Shown: positions 11,426-21,072, counted from the stretch's first letter. The stretch: 64,000 bases of DNA from an uncultured SAR86 cluster bacterium (GCA_902509555.1 CABWYS010000001.1:28795-92794); one strand, 5' to 3'. The notes: generated by a model from the letters alone, not told the origin. Numbers and translations: made by a program.

Positions 11426-12384
11426 TTTTCTTCCTTAGAATCTTCGGCAACATCCTCTGATGCGCTTGGGTTTTCAGCAGATATTTCATCAGGTTCGCCC
11501 GTTGATTCATCACTTTTCTCAACCGTTTCCTCTGTAGATTCCTCAATTGCTTCGTCTGCTTCAATTGGCAAATCTTCTTCTGGCTCACTTAACTCAGCCT
11601 CTTCAACAAGATTTAATGCTTTTCCAGAGGTAACTGCGGCCTTTTTAACTTTCACAGCTGGAGCCTCATCATCAGTTTGTATATTTAGAGCTCCGCCCTG
11701 GGAAGACGCCAGGCCTCTGGCACAGGCATCGCTAATCACTTTTGTGATTAATCGAATAGATCTAATTGCATCATCATTTCCAGGAATAATGTGATCTATT
11801 CCTTCTGGATTTGAATTAGTGTCAACAAGAGCAATGATTGGAATGCCCATTTTCTTGGCTTCAGTAACTGCTATTTTTTCATATGCAACGTCGACTACAA
11901 ATAAAGCATCTGGCAGACCTTTCATATCTTTTATACCACCAACACTTGCATCTAACTTTTCATATTCTTTTGTGATATCTACAGCTTCTTTTTTTGAAAG
12001 TTTGTTGATTCTTCCTGATGACTGCAGTTCTTCAATATCTAAAAGACGTCTAATTGAGCCTCTTATCGTCTTCCAGTTGGTTAAGGTTCCACCAAGCCAT
12101 CTTTTATCAATATAAGGTAAGCCGATAGAAGAGGCTGACTCTTTGATGGTTTTAGATGCAGAGCGTTTAGTGCCAACAAATAAAATTCTGTTACCTTTAG
12201 AACAAATCTCTTCAGCTTTTGATGCAGCTGCATTAAGACATTCTTGAGTCATCTCAAGATCAATGATGCTAATTTTTTTTCTAGTATCAAAAATAAAGGA
12301 TTCCATTTTAGGATTCCAAAACCTTTGCTGATGGCCAAAATGAACGCCTGCATTTAACAGGTCTTTTATAGAAACAATACTCAC
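11422..12384 (-). CDS. rpsB: 30S ribosomal protein S2 with long acidic C-terminal extension
   Basis: AGVHFGHQ, RWLGGTLTN, PGNDDAIRSI motifs; GTG start. Confidence 0.98.
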   Translation of the reverse strand: MSIVSIKDLLNAGVHFGHQQRFWNPKMESFIFDTRKKISIIDLEMTQECLNAAASKAEEICSKGNRILFVGTKRSASKTIKESASSIGLPYIDKRWLGGTLTNWKTIRGSIRRLLDIEELQSSGRINKLSKKEAVDITKEYEKLDASVGGIKDMKGLPDALFVVDVAYEKIAVTEAKKMGIPIIALVDTNSNPEGIDHIIPGNDDAIRSIRLITKVISDACARGLASSQGGALNIQTDDEAPAVKVKKAAVTSGKALNLVEEAELSEPEEDLPIEADEAIEESTEETVEKSDESTGEPDEISAENPSASEDVAEDSKEEK

Positions 12385-12475
12385 AATTTCCTCCGGGGTT
12401 ATTACTCCGGTACCTCATAATGTTGACTCATTTTCATGAGCACCCCAACAATAATCCTCTTGGTACCTTCGGGAT
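12385..12475 (-). promoter_or_regulatory. rpsB (S2) leader RNA, t44-like
   Basis: Minus strand reads GGTACC...TGTT-GGGGTG-CTCAT GAAA ATGAG-TC-AACA...GGTACC-GGAGTAATAACCCC: outer stem, GNRA hairpin and complementary GGGGT/ACCCC, the layout of the proteobacterial S2 leader. Confidence 0.8.
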
Positions 12476-12488
12476 TTAAAGTTCGTGT

Positions 12489-12494
12489 ATTCTA
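12489..12494 (-). promoter_or_regulatory. Putative sigma70 -10 element for rpsB
   Basis: TAGAAT on the minus strand just upstream of the leader; no clear -35. Confidence 0.4.
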
Positions 12495-12512
12495 TAGAAA
12501 AGTTAGTATAGA

Positions 12513-13184
12513 TTAAAGCTTTTTATTCAAGAAGTCGGCAAAACTATACTCTCCAATTTCTTGGGAATGAATCCACTTGGTAGCTTGCAAAGCACCTCTG
12601 GCAAAAACATTTCTAGAGTTTGCGATATGTTGAAAAGTTGTAACTCCCTCTCCATTTTTAAAAATAATTCTATGAATTCCAAAGATATCGCCAATTCTTT
12701 GAGATTGAACGTCAATAGGGCTATCTATTTTGCTTCCAGGCAAATTTTTTAAAAAACTTTGAATTTCTATGGCTGTTCCAGAAGGAGAATCTTTTTTATT
12801 TGTATGATGAATCTCAATGATTTTGCACTTTGAAGGAGTGCTAATAGTTAATAGATACTGCTCTATTGAGCTCTTCAAATTTGCAATTCCAAGTGACATA
12901 TTTGAAGCAAGTAATATGGGTATAGATTTTTTTGCAGTACTGATTATCTCTAAATGCTCATCTGAAAGGCCTGTAGTTCCTGATATTAAAGGTATCGTAT
13001 TCTCAATACAATAATTGGCACAAGCGATGAAGCCATCTGGAGAAGAAAAATCTATTACAGCAGAGATATTATTTAAATCTTTTTCTTGAGAATGAAAATC
13101 CATGGCTTTCAAGTCAGACTGTTTGCATTGAGCTTGAATTGCCTGACCCATATTTCCATTGAAGCCGTTTATTAAAATGTGCAA
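12513..13184 (-). CDS. dapB: 4-hydroxy-tetrahydrodipicolinate reductase (compact form)
   Basis: GxxGxMG, VIDFS, SGTTG, EIHH..KKDSPSGTA motifs; TTG start; follows dnaJ. Confidence 0.95.
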   Translation of the reverse strand: MHILINGFNGNMGQAIQAQCKQSDLKAMDFHSQEKDLNNISAVIDFSSPDGFIACANYCIENTIPLISGTTGLSDEHLEIISTAKKSIPILLASNMSLGIANLKSSIEQYLLTISTPSKCKIIEIHHTNKKDSPSGTAIEIQSFLKNLPGSKIDSPIDVQSQRIGDIFGIHRIIFKNGEGVTTFQHIANSRNVFARGALQATKWIHSQEIGEYSFADFLNKKL

Positions 13185-13188
13185 TATT

Positions 13189-14298
13189 CTATTTATTATG
13201 AAATTGGTCTGAAGCTTTTTTAAAAGATTGTTTTATCGGATGATGTTCTTCGCCAGCTATTGATTCAGCAAATTCCTTAAAAATCTTGAGCTGAGCTTTT
13301 GAAAGGTTTACTGGTGTTTCAACAATCACCCTGCATAAAAGATCGCCTCTTCTCGAATCTCGAACTGAAGCCGCACCTTTGCCTTTGATTCTAAAAATCT
13401 TACCTGTTTGAGTATAGGAAGGTATTTTAAGGGCAATTTTTGATTCAAGACCTGGAACGTTAATCGTTCCTCCTAATACAGCGATTTCAAATGGGATAGG
13501 AGCTTCAAAATATAAATCCCTTCCATCTCTCTCAAAAATTTCATTATTCGTAACCTGAATAGCAACATAAAGATCACCGGTATGCCCCCCTCTTGCTGCA
13601 CCCCCTTCTCCTGTGAGCCTAACTTTGTCTCCATTATCTACACCAGATGGAATACTTACAGATAGGGATTTTGTTTCTTGCTTAACCCCAGCCCCCCTGC
13701 ATGAACTACAATGATCCTGAATAATTCTTCCTTCACCTCTACATGCATTACAGGGTTGTTGAACTGAAAAAAAGCCTTGTTGTATTCTTACCTGACCAAC
13801 GCCATTGCATTGGCTACAGGTAACAGGAGATGAGCCAGGTTTAGCCCCAGATCCAGAACAATCATCACATGATTTATCTACAGGTATTTTTATTGTTTTC
13901 TTAACACCTAGAATTGCCTCTTTGAGAGATAGTTCTAGTGTGTATTGAAGATCTTGGCCTCGCGCTGCCCTACCTGAAGAGCTACGCCCTCCAAAGACAT
14001 CTCCAAAGATATCTCCAAAGATATCTCCAAAATTAAAATCCTGGAATCCAGCTCCTTGACCTCCACCCATGCCTTGAACACCCGCGTGACCAAATTGATC
14101 ATAAGCTGATTTTTTTTCTGAATCAGAGAGGATTTCATATGCCTCTGCAGCTTCTTTAAATTTCTCATTAGCTGTGGGATCATCCGGATTTCTATCTGGA
14201 TGATATTTCATTGCTAGTTTTTTAAAAGCTTTTTTTAATTCTGCATCTGATGCAGTTCGAGAGACCCCTAAGACCTCATAATAGTCTCTCTGTGACAT
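13189..14298 (-). CDS. dnaJ: Chaperone DnaJ
   Basis: J domain with HPD, G/F region, four CxxCxGxG zinc motifs. Confidence 0.99.
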   Translation of the reverse strand: MSQRDYYEVLGVSRTASDAELKKAFKKLAMKYHPDRNPDDPTANEKFKEAAEAYEILSDSEKKSAYDQFGHAGVQGMGGGQGAGFQDFNFGDIFGDIFGDVFGGRSSSGRAARGQDLQYTLELSLKEAILGVKKTIKIPVDKSCDDCSGSGAKPGSSPVTCSQCNGVGQVRIQQGFFSVQQPCNACRGEGRIIQDHCSSCRGAGVKQETKSLSVSIPSGVDNGDKVRLTGEGGAARGGHTGDLYVAIQVTNNEIFERDGRDLYFEAPIPFEIAVLGGTINVPGLESKIALKIPSYTQTGKIFRIKGKGAASVRDSRRGDLLCRVIVETPVNLSKAQLKIFKEFAESIAGEEHHPIKQSFKKASDQFHNK

Positions 14299-14301
14299 TA
14301 T

Positions 14302-16212
14302 TTATTTGTCTTCTTCTTTAACTTCTTCGAACTCAGCATCAACTGTATTTTCATCGCTAGATGTCTCTTCTGCTGCATCTGCGGAGCCCTCCTCAGCTTG
14401 AGGATAAAGTTTCTGAGTTAATGGAGTTAAAACCTCGTTAAGGTTTTTAGTAGCTTCTTCAATTGCTTCTAAACTATCTTGCTTGATGGCTTCTTCTAGC
14501 TTAGCGGTAGACGCTTCCACTGCCTCTTTTTCCTCATCAGTCAGATTATCTCCAGCTTCAGAAATAGACTTTCTAGTTGCATGAACAAGCATATCTGCAT
14601 TATTTTTTGCTTGAACTAGACTTTCAAATTTTTTATCGTCCTCTGCATTAGCCTCAGCATCTTTTACCATTTTCTCAATGTCATCATCAGACAATCCGCT
14701 AGAAGCCTTGATAACAATCGACTGTTCTTTTCCAGTATTCTTATCTTTAGCTGCAACATTAAGAATACCATTAGCATCCAGGTCAAAAGACACTTCGATT
14801 TGAGGTGTACCTCTAGCTGCAGGGGGAATATCTGCTAAATTAAATTGTCCCAAAGATTTATTTTGAGCTGCTTGTTTTCTTTCGCCTTGAATTACATGAA
14901 CCGTCACTGCTGATTGATTGTCTTCGGCAGTTGAGAAGACCTGAGATTTCTGTGTGGGTATGGTTGTATTTTTTTCAATTAATGGTGTAGCAATCCCTCC
15001 TAATGTCTCAATCCCAAGTGTTAAAGGGGTTACATCAAGCAAGAGCACATCTTTGGTATCACCAGATAGGACTGACCCCTGAATTGCAGCACCTACTGCA
15101 ACAGCTTCATCAGGATTAAGGTCTTTTCTTGGTTCTTTACCAAAAAAATCTTTTACTTTTTGCTGAACCATTGGCATACGAGTTTGCCCGCCAACAAGCA
15201 AAATATCATTAATATCACTGATTGAAAGCTTGGCATCTTCTAAAGCAAGTTTCAGCGGAGCCATGCTTCTATCTACCAAATCTTCAACTAGAGATTCAAG
15301 CTTAGCTCGCGTAATCTTATGAACAAAATGTTTTGGACCTGAGCTATCAGCAGTAATATATGGCAAATTAATTTCTGTTTGATCGGAAGAAGAAAGTTCA
15401 ATTTTTGCTTTTTCTGCAGCCTCTTTTAAACGCTGGAGAGCCATAGGATCACTTTTTAAGTCAAACCCGGATTCTTTTTTAAATTCATCTACAAAATAAT
15501 CTATTAATTTAAGGTCAAAGTCTTCTCCGCCCAAAAAGGTATCGCCATTTGTGGACAATACTTCAAACTGATGTTCGCCATCTACCTCAGAGATCTCAAT
15601 GATTGAGATATCAAAAGTGCCGCCTCCAAGATCATACACAGCAACAACCGAGTCACCAGAATGTTTATCTAAGCCATATGCTAATGCTGCAGCAGTTGGC
15701 TCGTTTATTATTCTTTTTACTTCAAGACCGGCTATCTTGCCAGCATCCTTTGTTGCTTGTCTTTGAGAATCATTAAAATAAGCTGGCACAGTGATGACCG
15801 CCTCTGAGACATCATGACCTAAATACTCTTCTGCAGTTTTCTTAAGTTTCTTTAAGACTTCAGCTGAGATCTGAGGGGGGGCCAATTTTTTATCATCTAC
15901 TTTGACCCAAGCATCTCCATTATCAGCCTTCATAATTTCATAAGGCACCATATCCATATCTTTTTTTACTATGTCGTCATCAAATCTTCTGCCAATTAGC
16001 CTTTTGATCGCATATAAAGTCTTTTCTGGGTTTGTGACAGCCTGTCTTTTTGCAGGAGTGCCAACCAAAACCTCATTATCATCTGAATAACCGATTACTG
16101 ATGGAGTTGTTCTGCCTCCCTCAGCATTCTCAATAACCTTTGGTTGTTGACCTTCTACGACAGCTAAACAACTATTTGTTGTTCCTAAATCAATTCCTAT
16201 AATCTTTGACAT
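14302..16212 (-). CDS. dnaK: Chaperone DnaK (Hsp70)
   Basis: [32 protein letters not shown] motifs. Confidence 0.99.
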   Translation of the reverse strand: MSKIIGIDLGTTNSCLAVVEGQQPKVIENAEGGRTTPSVIGYSDDNEVLVGTPAKRQAVTNPEKTLYAIKRLIGRRFDDDIVKKDMDMVPYEIMKADNGDAWVKVDDKKLAPPQISAEVLKKLKKTAEEYLGHDVSEAVITVPAYFNDSQRQATKDAGKIAGLEVKRIINEPTAAALAYGLDKHSGDSVVAVYDLGGGTFDISIIEISEVDGEHQFEVLSTNGDTFLGGEDFDLKLIDYFVDEFKKESGFDLKSDPMALQRLKEAAEKAKIELSSSDQTEINLPYITADSSGPKHFVHKITRAKLESLVEDLVDRSMAPLKLALEDAKLSISDINDILLVGGQTRMPMVQQKVKDFFGKEPRKDLNPDEAVAVGAAIQGSVLSGDTKDVLLLDVTPLTLGIETLGGIATPLIEKNTTIPTQKSQVFSTAEDNQSAVTVHVIQGERKQAAQNKSLGQFNLADIPPAARGTPQIEVSFDLDANGILNVAAKDKNTGKEQSIVIKASSGLSDDDIEKMVKDAEANAEDDKKFESLVQAKNNADMLVHATRKSISEAGDNLTDEEKEAVEASTAKLEEAIKQDSLEAIEEATKNLNEVLTPLTQKLYPQAEEGSADAAEETSSDENTVDAEFEEVKEEDK

Positions 16213-16221
16213 AATCTTTTC

Positions 16222-16791
16222 CTAATTTTTAATTACGGAAACTCTAGCAGGTCTCACAACCCTATCATGAAGCTCCCAACCCCTTTGAAATATATTTTCA
16301 ATTTCATTATTTTCTTTCTTTGGATCCTGTGAGGTCATTACAGCCTCATGCTTTACTGGATCAAAGTGTTCATTAACTGGGTAGATGGGTCTAATACCAA
16401 ATTTATCAAGGGCTGATTCAAAAGATTTCAGAGTTAACTCTACCCCCTCTCTGTCTTCTTTTGTTGAATCTTTAGAGAAGTTATTGAGTGCATGCTCTAG
16501 ATTATCAACAACAGGCAATAATTCATTAAGCAGTCTTTCTACACCGTATTTATGAGCTTTTTCAATGTCAGCAGTATTTCTTTTGAAGGCATTATCAAGT
16601 TCAGCTCTTGATCTAAGCAATGCCTCCTCAAGATCCTTAATTTTTTCCTCTGCATTCTGGTTTTCATCAGCCTCTTGATCTAAAGAATCTATATCTTCTT
16701 CAATCGATTCATCCTCTTCAAAAGTGTCCTCTGTATCAATAGACTCATCTTTAAGATCTGTTTTATCTTTTACTTTTTGTTTTTTAGCCAT
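16222..16791 (-). CDS. grpE: Nucleotide exchange factor GrpE (ATG at 16791 preferred over TTG at 16803)
   Basis: LLPVVDNLE, FDPVKHEAV, RVVRPARVSV motifs; upstream of dnaK. Confidence 0.96.
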   Translation of the reverse strand: MAKKQKVKDKTDLKDESIDTEDTFEEDESIEEDIDSLDQEADENQNAEEKIKDLEEALLRSRAELDNAFKRNTADIEKAHKYGVERLLNELLPVVDNLEHALNNFSKDSTKEDREGVELTLKSFESALDKFGIRPIYPVNEHFDPVKHEAVMTSQDPKKENNEIENIFQRGWELHDRVVRPARVSVIKN

Positions 16792-16812
16792 CTTTGTATC
16801 CAATTAATCAAT

Positions 16813-16843
16813 ATATTGGGATGACCCATGATGAGTTCAAGGG
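16813..16843 (-). promoter_or_regulatory. Putative sigma32 (RpoH) heat-shock promoter for grpE-dnaK-dnaJ
   Basis: Minus strand CCCTTGAA-ctcatcatgggtcat-CCCAATAT, close to the CTTGAA-N13/15-CCCCATNT consensus, directly before grpE. Confidence 0.7.
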
Positions 16844-16855
16844 TTAAAAGAGAAT

Positions 16856-17263
16856 TTATTTAATGGGTTTTACGTATAAAACCATGCTGTGATCAACTAT
16901 TTCATAGCCCATTTCATTAGCAATTGATTCTTGGCGTTTTTCGATCAGCTCATCATGAAACTCAATAACCTTACCAGTTTCTAAACATACCATGTGGTCA
17001 TGATGATCATCAGGAGTAATCTCATAGACTGCATGGCCTTCTTCAAAGTTATGCCGAATAACTATCCCGGCAGATTCAAACTGAGTTAACACTCTGTATA
17101 CAGTCGCTAAGCCTACGTCTTCACCAGAAGTAATAAGCTGCTTATATATATCTTCAGCGCTTAGGTGACGATTCTCGCTAGATTCAAGTGCTTCTATAAT
17201 TCGTATTCTAGGAAGGGTTGCTTTTAAGCCAGCTTTTTTTAATTCAGTATTTTCTTTACTCAT
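16856..17263 (-). CDS. fur: Ferric uptake regulator
   Basis: LKKAGLKATLPR, GLATVYRVLTQF, HHDHMVC motifs. Confidence 0.98.
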   Translation of the reverse strand: MSKENTELKKAGLKATLPRIRIIEALESSENRHLSAEDIYKQLITSGEDVGLATVYRVLTQFESAGIVIRHNFEEGHAVYEITPDDHHDHMVCLETGKVIEFHDELIEKRQESIANEMGYEIVDHSMVLYVKPIK

Positions 17264-17308
17264 GAACTTTTCGATGTATCCTCTTTCAAAGTATAATCAA
17301 ATCATCTC

Positions 17309-17650
17309 ATGAAGCAATTAACAAAAGCCTTTTTAATCATTATTTTGTCTCTTGGTGGAGTATCGAGCTGCTCATCTTTAGCCCCATTTAAAGTTGCAGT
17401 CCTGCAAGGCAATATTATTGAAGATGAGGACGTAGAGCAACTTGTAAAAGGTCTTTCAAAAGATCAGGTGCAATATCTACTTGGAACTCCTCTGCTTAAC
17501 AGTCCCATTCATCAAAATAGATGGGATTATTTTTATTCAGTTAAGGTTGGTGAAATGGTTGTTGGTGAAAAAAAATTGTCATTGAAATTTGATATAAATC
17601 AAAGACTAGATACATGGGTACTTGAAGAAACCACCCTGGCAGATAACTAA
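17309..17650 (+). CDS. bamE: Outer membrane lipoprotein BamE (OmlA/SmpA)
   Basis: Lipobox-like VSSC, QGN, QVQYLLGTPL, RWDY; divergent from fur. Confidence 0.95.
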   Translation: MKQLTKAFLIIILSLGGVSSCSSLAPFKVAVLQGNIIEDEDVEQLVKGLSKDQVQYLLGTPLLNSPIHQNRWDYFYSVKVGEMVVGEKKLSLKFDINQRLDTWVLEETTLADN

Positions 17651-17943
17651 GAATCTTTTTCTAAATTCGCTTTATTTTTTCTTCTTTCTTTAGGGTCTTG
17701 AAAAAGTGATTTATAAATTTCTAATCTCTCCCCTTGAGACATCCTATGATTAATTGGCTTGGCCTTATATTTTCCATCTAATTCCTCCCCATTGATTCCA
17801 ACTCTTAATAAATCGATTTCTTCTTGATGAATCTTTTTTACCTCTGACAATTCTAGAACTTCTTTTGCAGTAATGCTTTCTGAAACATCCAGCTCTAAAA
17901 AACTAGAATCAGCTCCATTTTGAATAGACACATATATCTTCAT
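17647..17943 (-). CDS. ratB: RnfH/RatB (PasI) ubiquitin-like protein
   Basis: GERLEIYKSLFQDPKERR resembles the family motif GDRVEIYRPL..DPKE.RR; follows ratA. Confidence 0.82.
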   Translation of the reverse strand: MKIYVSIQNGADSSFLELDVSESITAKEVLELSEVKKIHQEEIDLLRVGINGEELDGKYKAKPINHRMSQGERLEIYKSLFQDPKERRKNKANLEKDS

Positions 17944-18365
17944 TTTAACAATTGATTTGCAAAAGCATTTATAAATTTGTGGCCAATGTTATCTACCATA
18001 GATTGGGTAGCAATAATTTTCAGAGCAAATGGAAGGGTAAATTTAGTTTCAAAGTTTACCTTTGTCTGATTTTCATTGATTGCTTCTAAAGTCCACAGCG
18101 CATAAAAATCTAAAAAAGGGCCCTTGGATTGAGTGATGCTAATCTCTTGACCGTTAGTTTGATTGTCCGATTCAAATGTATAGGTTTTGTTAAGCAATGA
18201 AAAAACTAATCTGCCCATGACGCAACCCTCTTCATCATCAGCAAGACGGGACGATTCTAGACAACCGGGTAAAAAGTCTTTATAGGACTCAAAGTTATTG
18301 ATTAATGCAAGTATTCTTTCCGGGGGTGCTTCAAATATTTCAGAACCCTCAAAGCTACTCGACAT
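17940..18365 (-). CDS. ratA: RatA/PasT START-domain (Coq10-like) protein
   Basis: NNFESYKDFLPGC and GPF......W motifs; position between smpB and bamE. Confidence 0.88.
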   Translation of the reverse strand: MSSSFEGSEIFEAPPERILALINNFESYKDFLPGCLESSRLADDEEGCVMGRLVFSLLNKTYTFESDNQTNGQEISITQSKGPFLDFYALWTLEAINENQTKVNFETKFTLPFALKIIATQSMVDNIGHKFINAFANQLLK

Positions 18366-18367
18366 TT

Positions 18368-19726
18368 TTAACTTACTAGTTGGTAAATGAAAACCGCTGC
18401 AACCAGAACTGGAGAGATAAATTTAATAAAAAATCTCCAAATTTTAAATATAGTAAGGTGAATGCCTGAAAATTCATCAAGAGCAAGGTTAGGTTTAAGA
18501 AACCACCCAGCAAAAATTGCAACCATCATTCCTCCAATGGGCATCAGAAACTGATTAGCCAAATAATCTATTGAATCTAAGAAATTGAGATCTCCAATAA
18601 ACGATATATCAGACCAATCATTGAAACTAAGTACGCTGCCTATACCAATTACCCATGCAAAAAGCCCTAGGGTTAAAGCAGCAGAAAACCGCGAGACAAT
18701 CTTTTCTTCTTCAAAATATGCAACACTTGGTTCCAGGAGAGATATTGCACTACTTAATGCAGCAATCGATAACAGTGCAAAGAAAGCTGGCCCGATAATA
18801 TTGCCTAAAGGCATATCAACAAAAGCAGATAACAGACTTACAAAAACAAGGCCTGGCCCAGCGCCTGGCTCTAGACCATATGCAAAAATAATTGGAAAAA
18901 TTGCAAGGCCAGCCAATATAGCTATCAAAGTATCCAAGCCTGCAACAGTTAGTGAGGTTTTAAATATATTTTCTTCTTGAGGCATATAGGATCCGTAGCA
19001 CATTATCGAACCCATGCCTAAACTTAAACTAAAGAATGCTTGTCCCATAGCTCTTAAAAAGGTTGTAGCATCCACTTCTGAAAAATCTGGGGCAAATAAA
19101 AAGTTTAAACCTCTGGCAAAATCACCATTAATCATTGCGTTAATAACCATTACCATCATCAAAATAAATAACATTGGCATTAACAATCGGACCATTCTCT
19201 CTATCCCGCCAATAACGCCTGCTGAAATAATAATAATATTCAAAGCTATAAAAATTGAATGCCAAAACAATAATCGGGATGGAGATGCGGTAACTATATT
19301 AAATTGCTCCAGGGAAGAAATATCAGGTGTAGGAAAAGCAGCTATGATTATATAGTTCAAACAAATGCCAGCTATTACGCTGTAAAAAGAAAGGATTAGA
19401 ATTCCTGAAATTAAGCCGCCCCAACCCACAGCCTGCCATTTGCCTGTTTGCCCTGAGTCTATTGCTGCGGTTTTCATAGCATTAACTGGACTTTTCCTAG
19501 CACGTCTTCCAATCATTATCTCAGCCATCATAATCGGCAGACCAACTGCGAGGATGCAGAGAAGGTATATTAATACAAAAGCGCCGCCGCCTTCAGTTCC
19601 AGCTTTATATGGAAAACCCCAAATATTACCTAAGCCGACCGCTGATCCAGCTGCTGCAAGCACGAATGTCCACTTTCCTACCCAGGAGACTGTTTCATTG
19701 ATTTTTGAAGAAGTATTTCCGTTCAT
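18368..19726 (-). CDS. Sodium-dependent transporter, NSS/SNF (LeuT-fold) family
   Basis: AAAGSAVGLGNIW.FPY, GGGAF, GQAFFSLSLG, GPGLVF; about 11 hydrophobic segments. Confidence 0.95.
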   Translation of the reverse strand: MNGNTSSKINETVSWVGKWTFVLAAAGSAVGLGNIWGFPYKAGTEGGGAFVLIYLLCILAVGLPIMMAEIMIGRRARKSPVNAMKTAAIDSGQTGKWQAVGWGGLISGILILSFYSVIAGICLNYIIIAAFPTPDISSLEQFNIVTASPSRLLFWHSIFIALNIIIISAGVIGGIERMVRLLMPMLFILMMVMVINAMINGDFARGLNFLFAPDFSEVDATTFLRAMGQAFFSLSLGMGSIMCYGSYMPQEENIFKTSLTVAGLDTLIAILAGLAIFPIIFAYGLEPGAGPGLVFVSLLSAFVDMPLGNIIGPAFFALLSIAALSSAISLLEPSVAYFEEEKIVSRFSAALTLGLFAWVIGIGSVLSFNDWSDISFIGDLNFLDSIDYLANQFLMPIGGMMVAIFAGWFLKPNLALDEFSGIHLTIFKIWRFFIKFISPVLVAAVFIYQLVS

Positions 19727-19731
19727 ATTAT

Positions 19732-20169
19732 TTAGGTATAAGGATTATATAAAAATGCCAAAGAGGTTATGCAACATATTGTAACTAAGTTTGTTATCAA
19801 AGTTCTCGCATTTGCATATTTTATATTGGCTTGAAAATAAGAGTTATTCTTTTTCTCAAAACTTAAAAAAAGCTGTAGCGACATAATTAACAAAATAAGG
19901 CTTGTTGAAAGATTCACAAAGGAAACTAATGCTACTGCATAACCTAAAAGAGAGAATCCAATTGCATACCAAAGGTTTTTTGATGTAACTTGCGGACCTT
20001 CCCAACCCCAGATCATGCCACCCAAGAAAGCAATCACAATACCTCCATATATTGCTAGAAACTGAATTGAATGAATTGCTAGAGTTTGATGAAAAATCCA
20101 TGGAATTAAAGCCAAAAAAATAAATAAGCATAACCCCCAGTAAATTAAAGTCACTTTAGTCTTTTGCAT
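19732..20169 (-). CDS. DUF3429-like membrane protein (start at ATG 20169 or TTG 20190)
   Basis: YGGIVIAFLGGMIWG resembles the DUF3429 motif YGAxILSFLGGxxWG; about 5 hydrophobic segments. Confidence 0.7.
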   Translation of the reverse strand: MQKTKVTLIYWGLCLFIFLALIPWIFHQTLAIHSIQFLAIYGGIVIAFLGGMIWGWEGPQVTSKNLWYAIGFSLLGYAVALVSFVNLSTSLILLIMSLQLFLSFEKKNNSYFQANIKYANARTLITNLVTICCITSLAFLYNPYT

Positions 20170-20225
20170 AAATACCCTCAAAATTTGCAAATAGTTTGAA
20201 CAGATTCATAATTGTGGGAATCATT

Positions 20226-20690
20226 ATGAATGCTAAAAATAATAATATCATCGTCAAGAATAAAAATGCTGCGAGAAATTATCACCTGAGTGATAAATAT
20301 CAAGCTGGCTTAGTTTTAGAAGGCTGGGAAGTTAAAGGCTTAAGAAATGGCAAGGTTGATGTTAAAGATTCATATGTAACTCTTAAAAATAATGAAGCCT
20401 GGGTTATCGGTTTAAAAATTGATCCTCCCCCATCCCTAAAAAATGATCAGATAAACCCAACAAGATCTAGAAAATTACTCTTAAATAAAAGAGAGATAAA
20501 TAATATTTTAGAAGCTATAGGTCAACAAGGTCTTACCTGTGTCTTAACAACAATATATTGGAAAGAAAATAAAATTAAATGTGATATTGCAATAGGCAAA
20601 GGAAAGAAAACCTATGACCAAAGAGAAGATGTTAAACAAAGAGACTGGAATAGAGAAAAACAAAGAATTTTAAAAAATTCAAATCGCTAG
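20226..20690 (+). CDS. smpB: SsrA-binding protein (ATG at 20226 preferred)
   Basis: AGLVLEGWEVK, RSRKLLLNKREI, GKGKKTYDQR motifs; adjacent to tmRNA. Confidence 0.97.
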   Translation: MNAKNNNIIVKNKNAARNYHLSDKYQAGLVLEGWEVKGLRNGKVDVKDSYVTLKNNEAWVIGLKIDPPPSLKNDQINPTRSRKLLLNKREINNILEAIGQQGLTCVLTTIYWKENKIKCDIAIGKGKKTYDQREDVKQRDWNREKQRILKNSNR

Positions 20691-20719
20691 TCATTTTCAT
20701 ATATAATCATCCACCCCAT

Positions 20720-21069
20720 GGGGGCGAATTGGGTTCGACGTTTTTATTGGATTCCAAAGCGCATGCCAAGATTGTGGTAACTCTTGTAAAACATACTACA
20801 AAAAAATTAGTTGCAGAAAACGACAACTACGCTTTAGCCGCTTAATTGGCTAACCAATGCAAGAATTGTCTATGGTTTGAAGCATTGGCAAAATACATAG
20901 TCTAGTTTTGCTGTGGAGTCTTAACACAGTAACGCGAAACATAATTTAGACTAGCCTTTAATACCCTGCTCTTCGGGTCATTGAGGTGAAACAAAAAGAA
21001 TGAGCTAAGCATGTAGAAGTCAGGTTGAAGAACTAACGGACGCGGGTTCAATTCCCGCCGCCTCCACCA
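20720..21069 (+). ncRNA. ssrA: tmRNA
   Basis: 5' GGGGGCG pairs with 3' CGCCTCC-ACCA including the alanine G3-U pair; T arm GCGGGTTCAATTCCCGC; internal tag frame. Confidence 0.97.
20813..20845 (+). other. tmRNA tag reading frame, (A)AENDNYALAA*
   Basis: GCA GAA AAC GAC AAC TAC GCT TTA GCC GCT TAA; canonical YALAA degron end. Confidence 0.93.
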
Positions 21070-21072
21070 TCT

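Noticed and set aside
13990-14031. 12-nt tandem repeat in dnaJ (ATCTCCAAAGAT-like units)
   Set aside because: It encodes the normal GDIF/GDVF repeats of the DnaJ G/F region
17264-17308. Fur box in the fur/bamE divergent spacer
   Set aside because: No convincing GATAATGATAATCATTATC-like palindrome
17647-18365. ratA-ratB as a toxin-antitoxin or defence module
   Set aside because: This is a conserved housekeeping pair beside smpB; PasT/RatA is better explained as a Coq10-like respiratory factor
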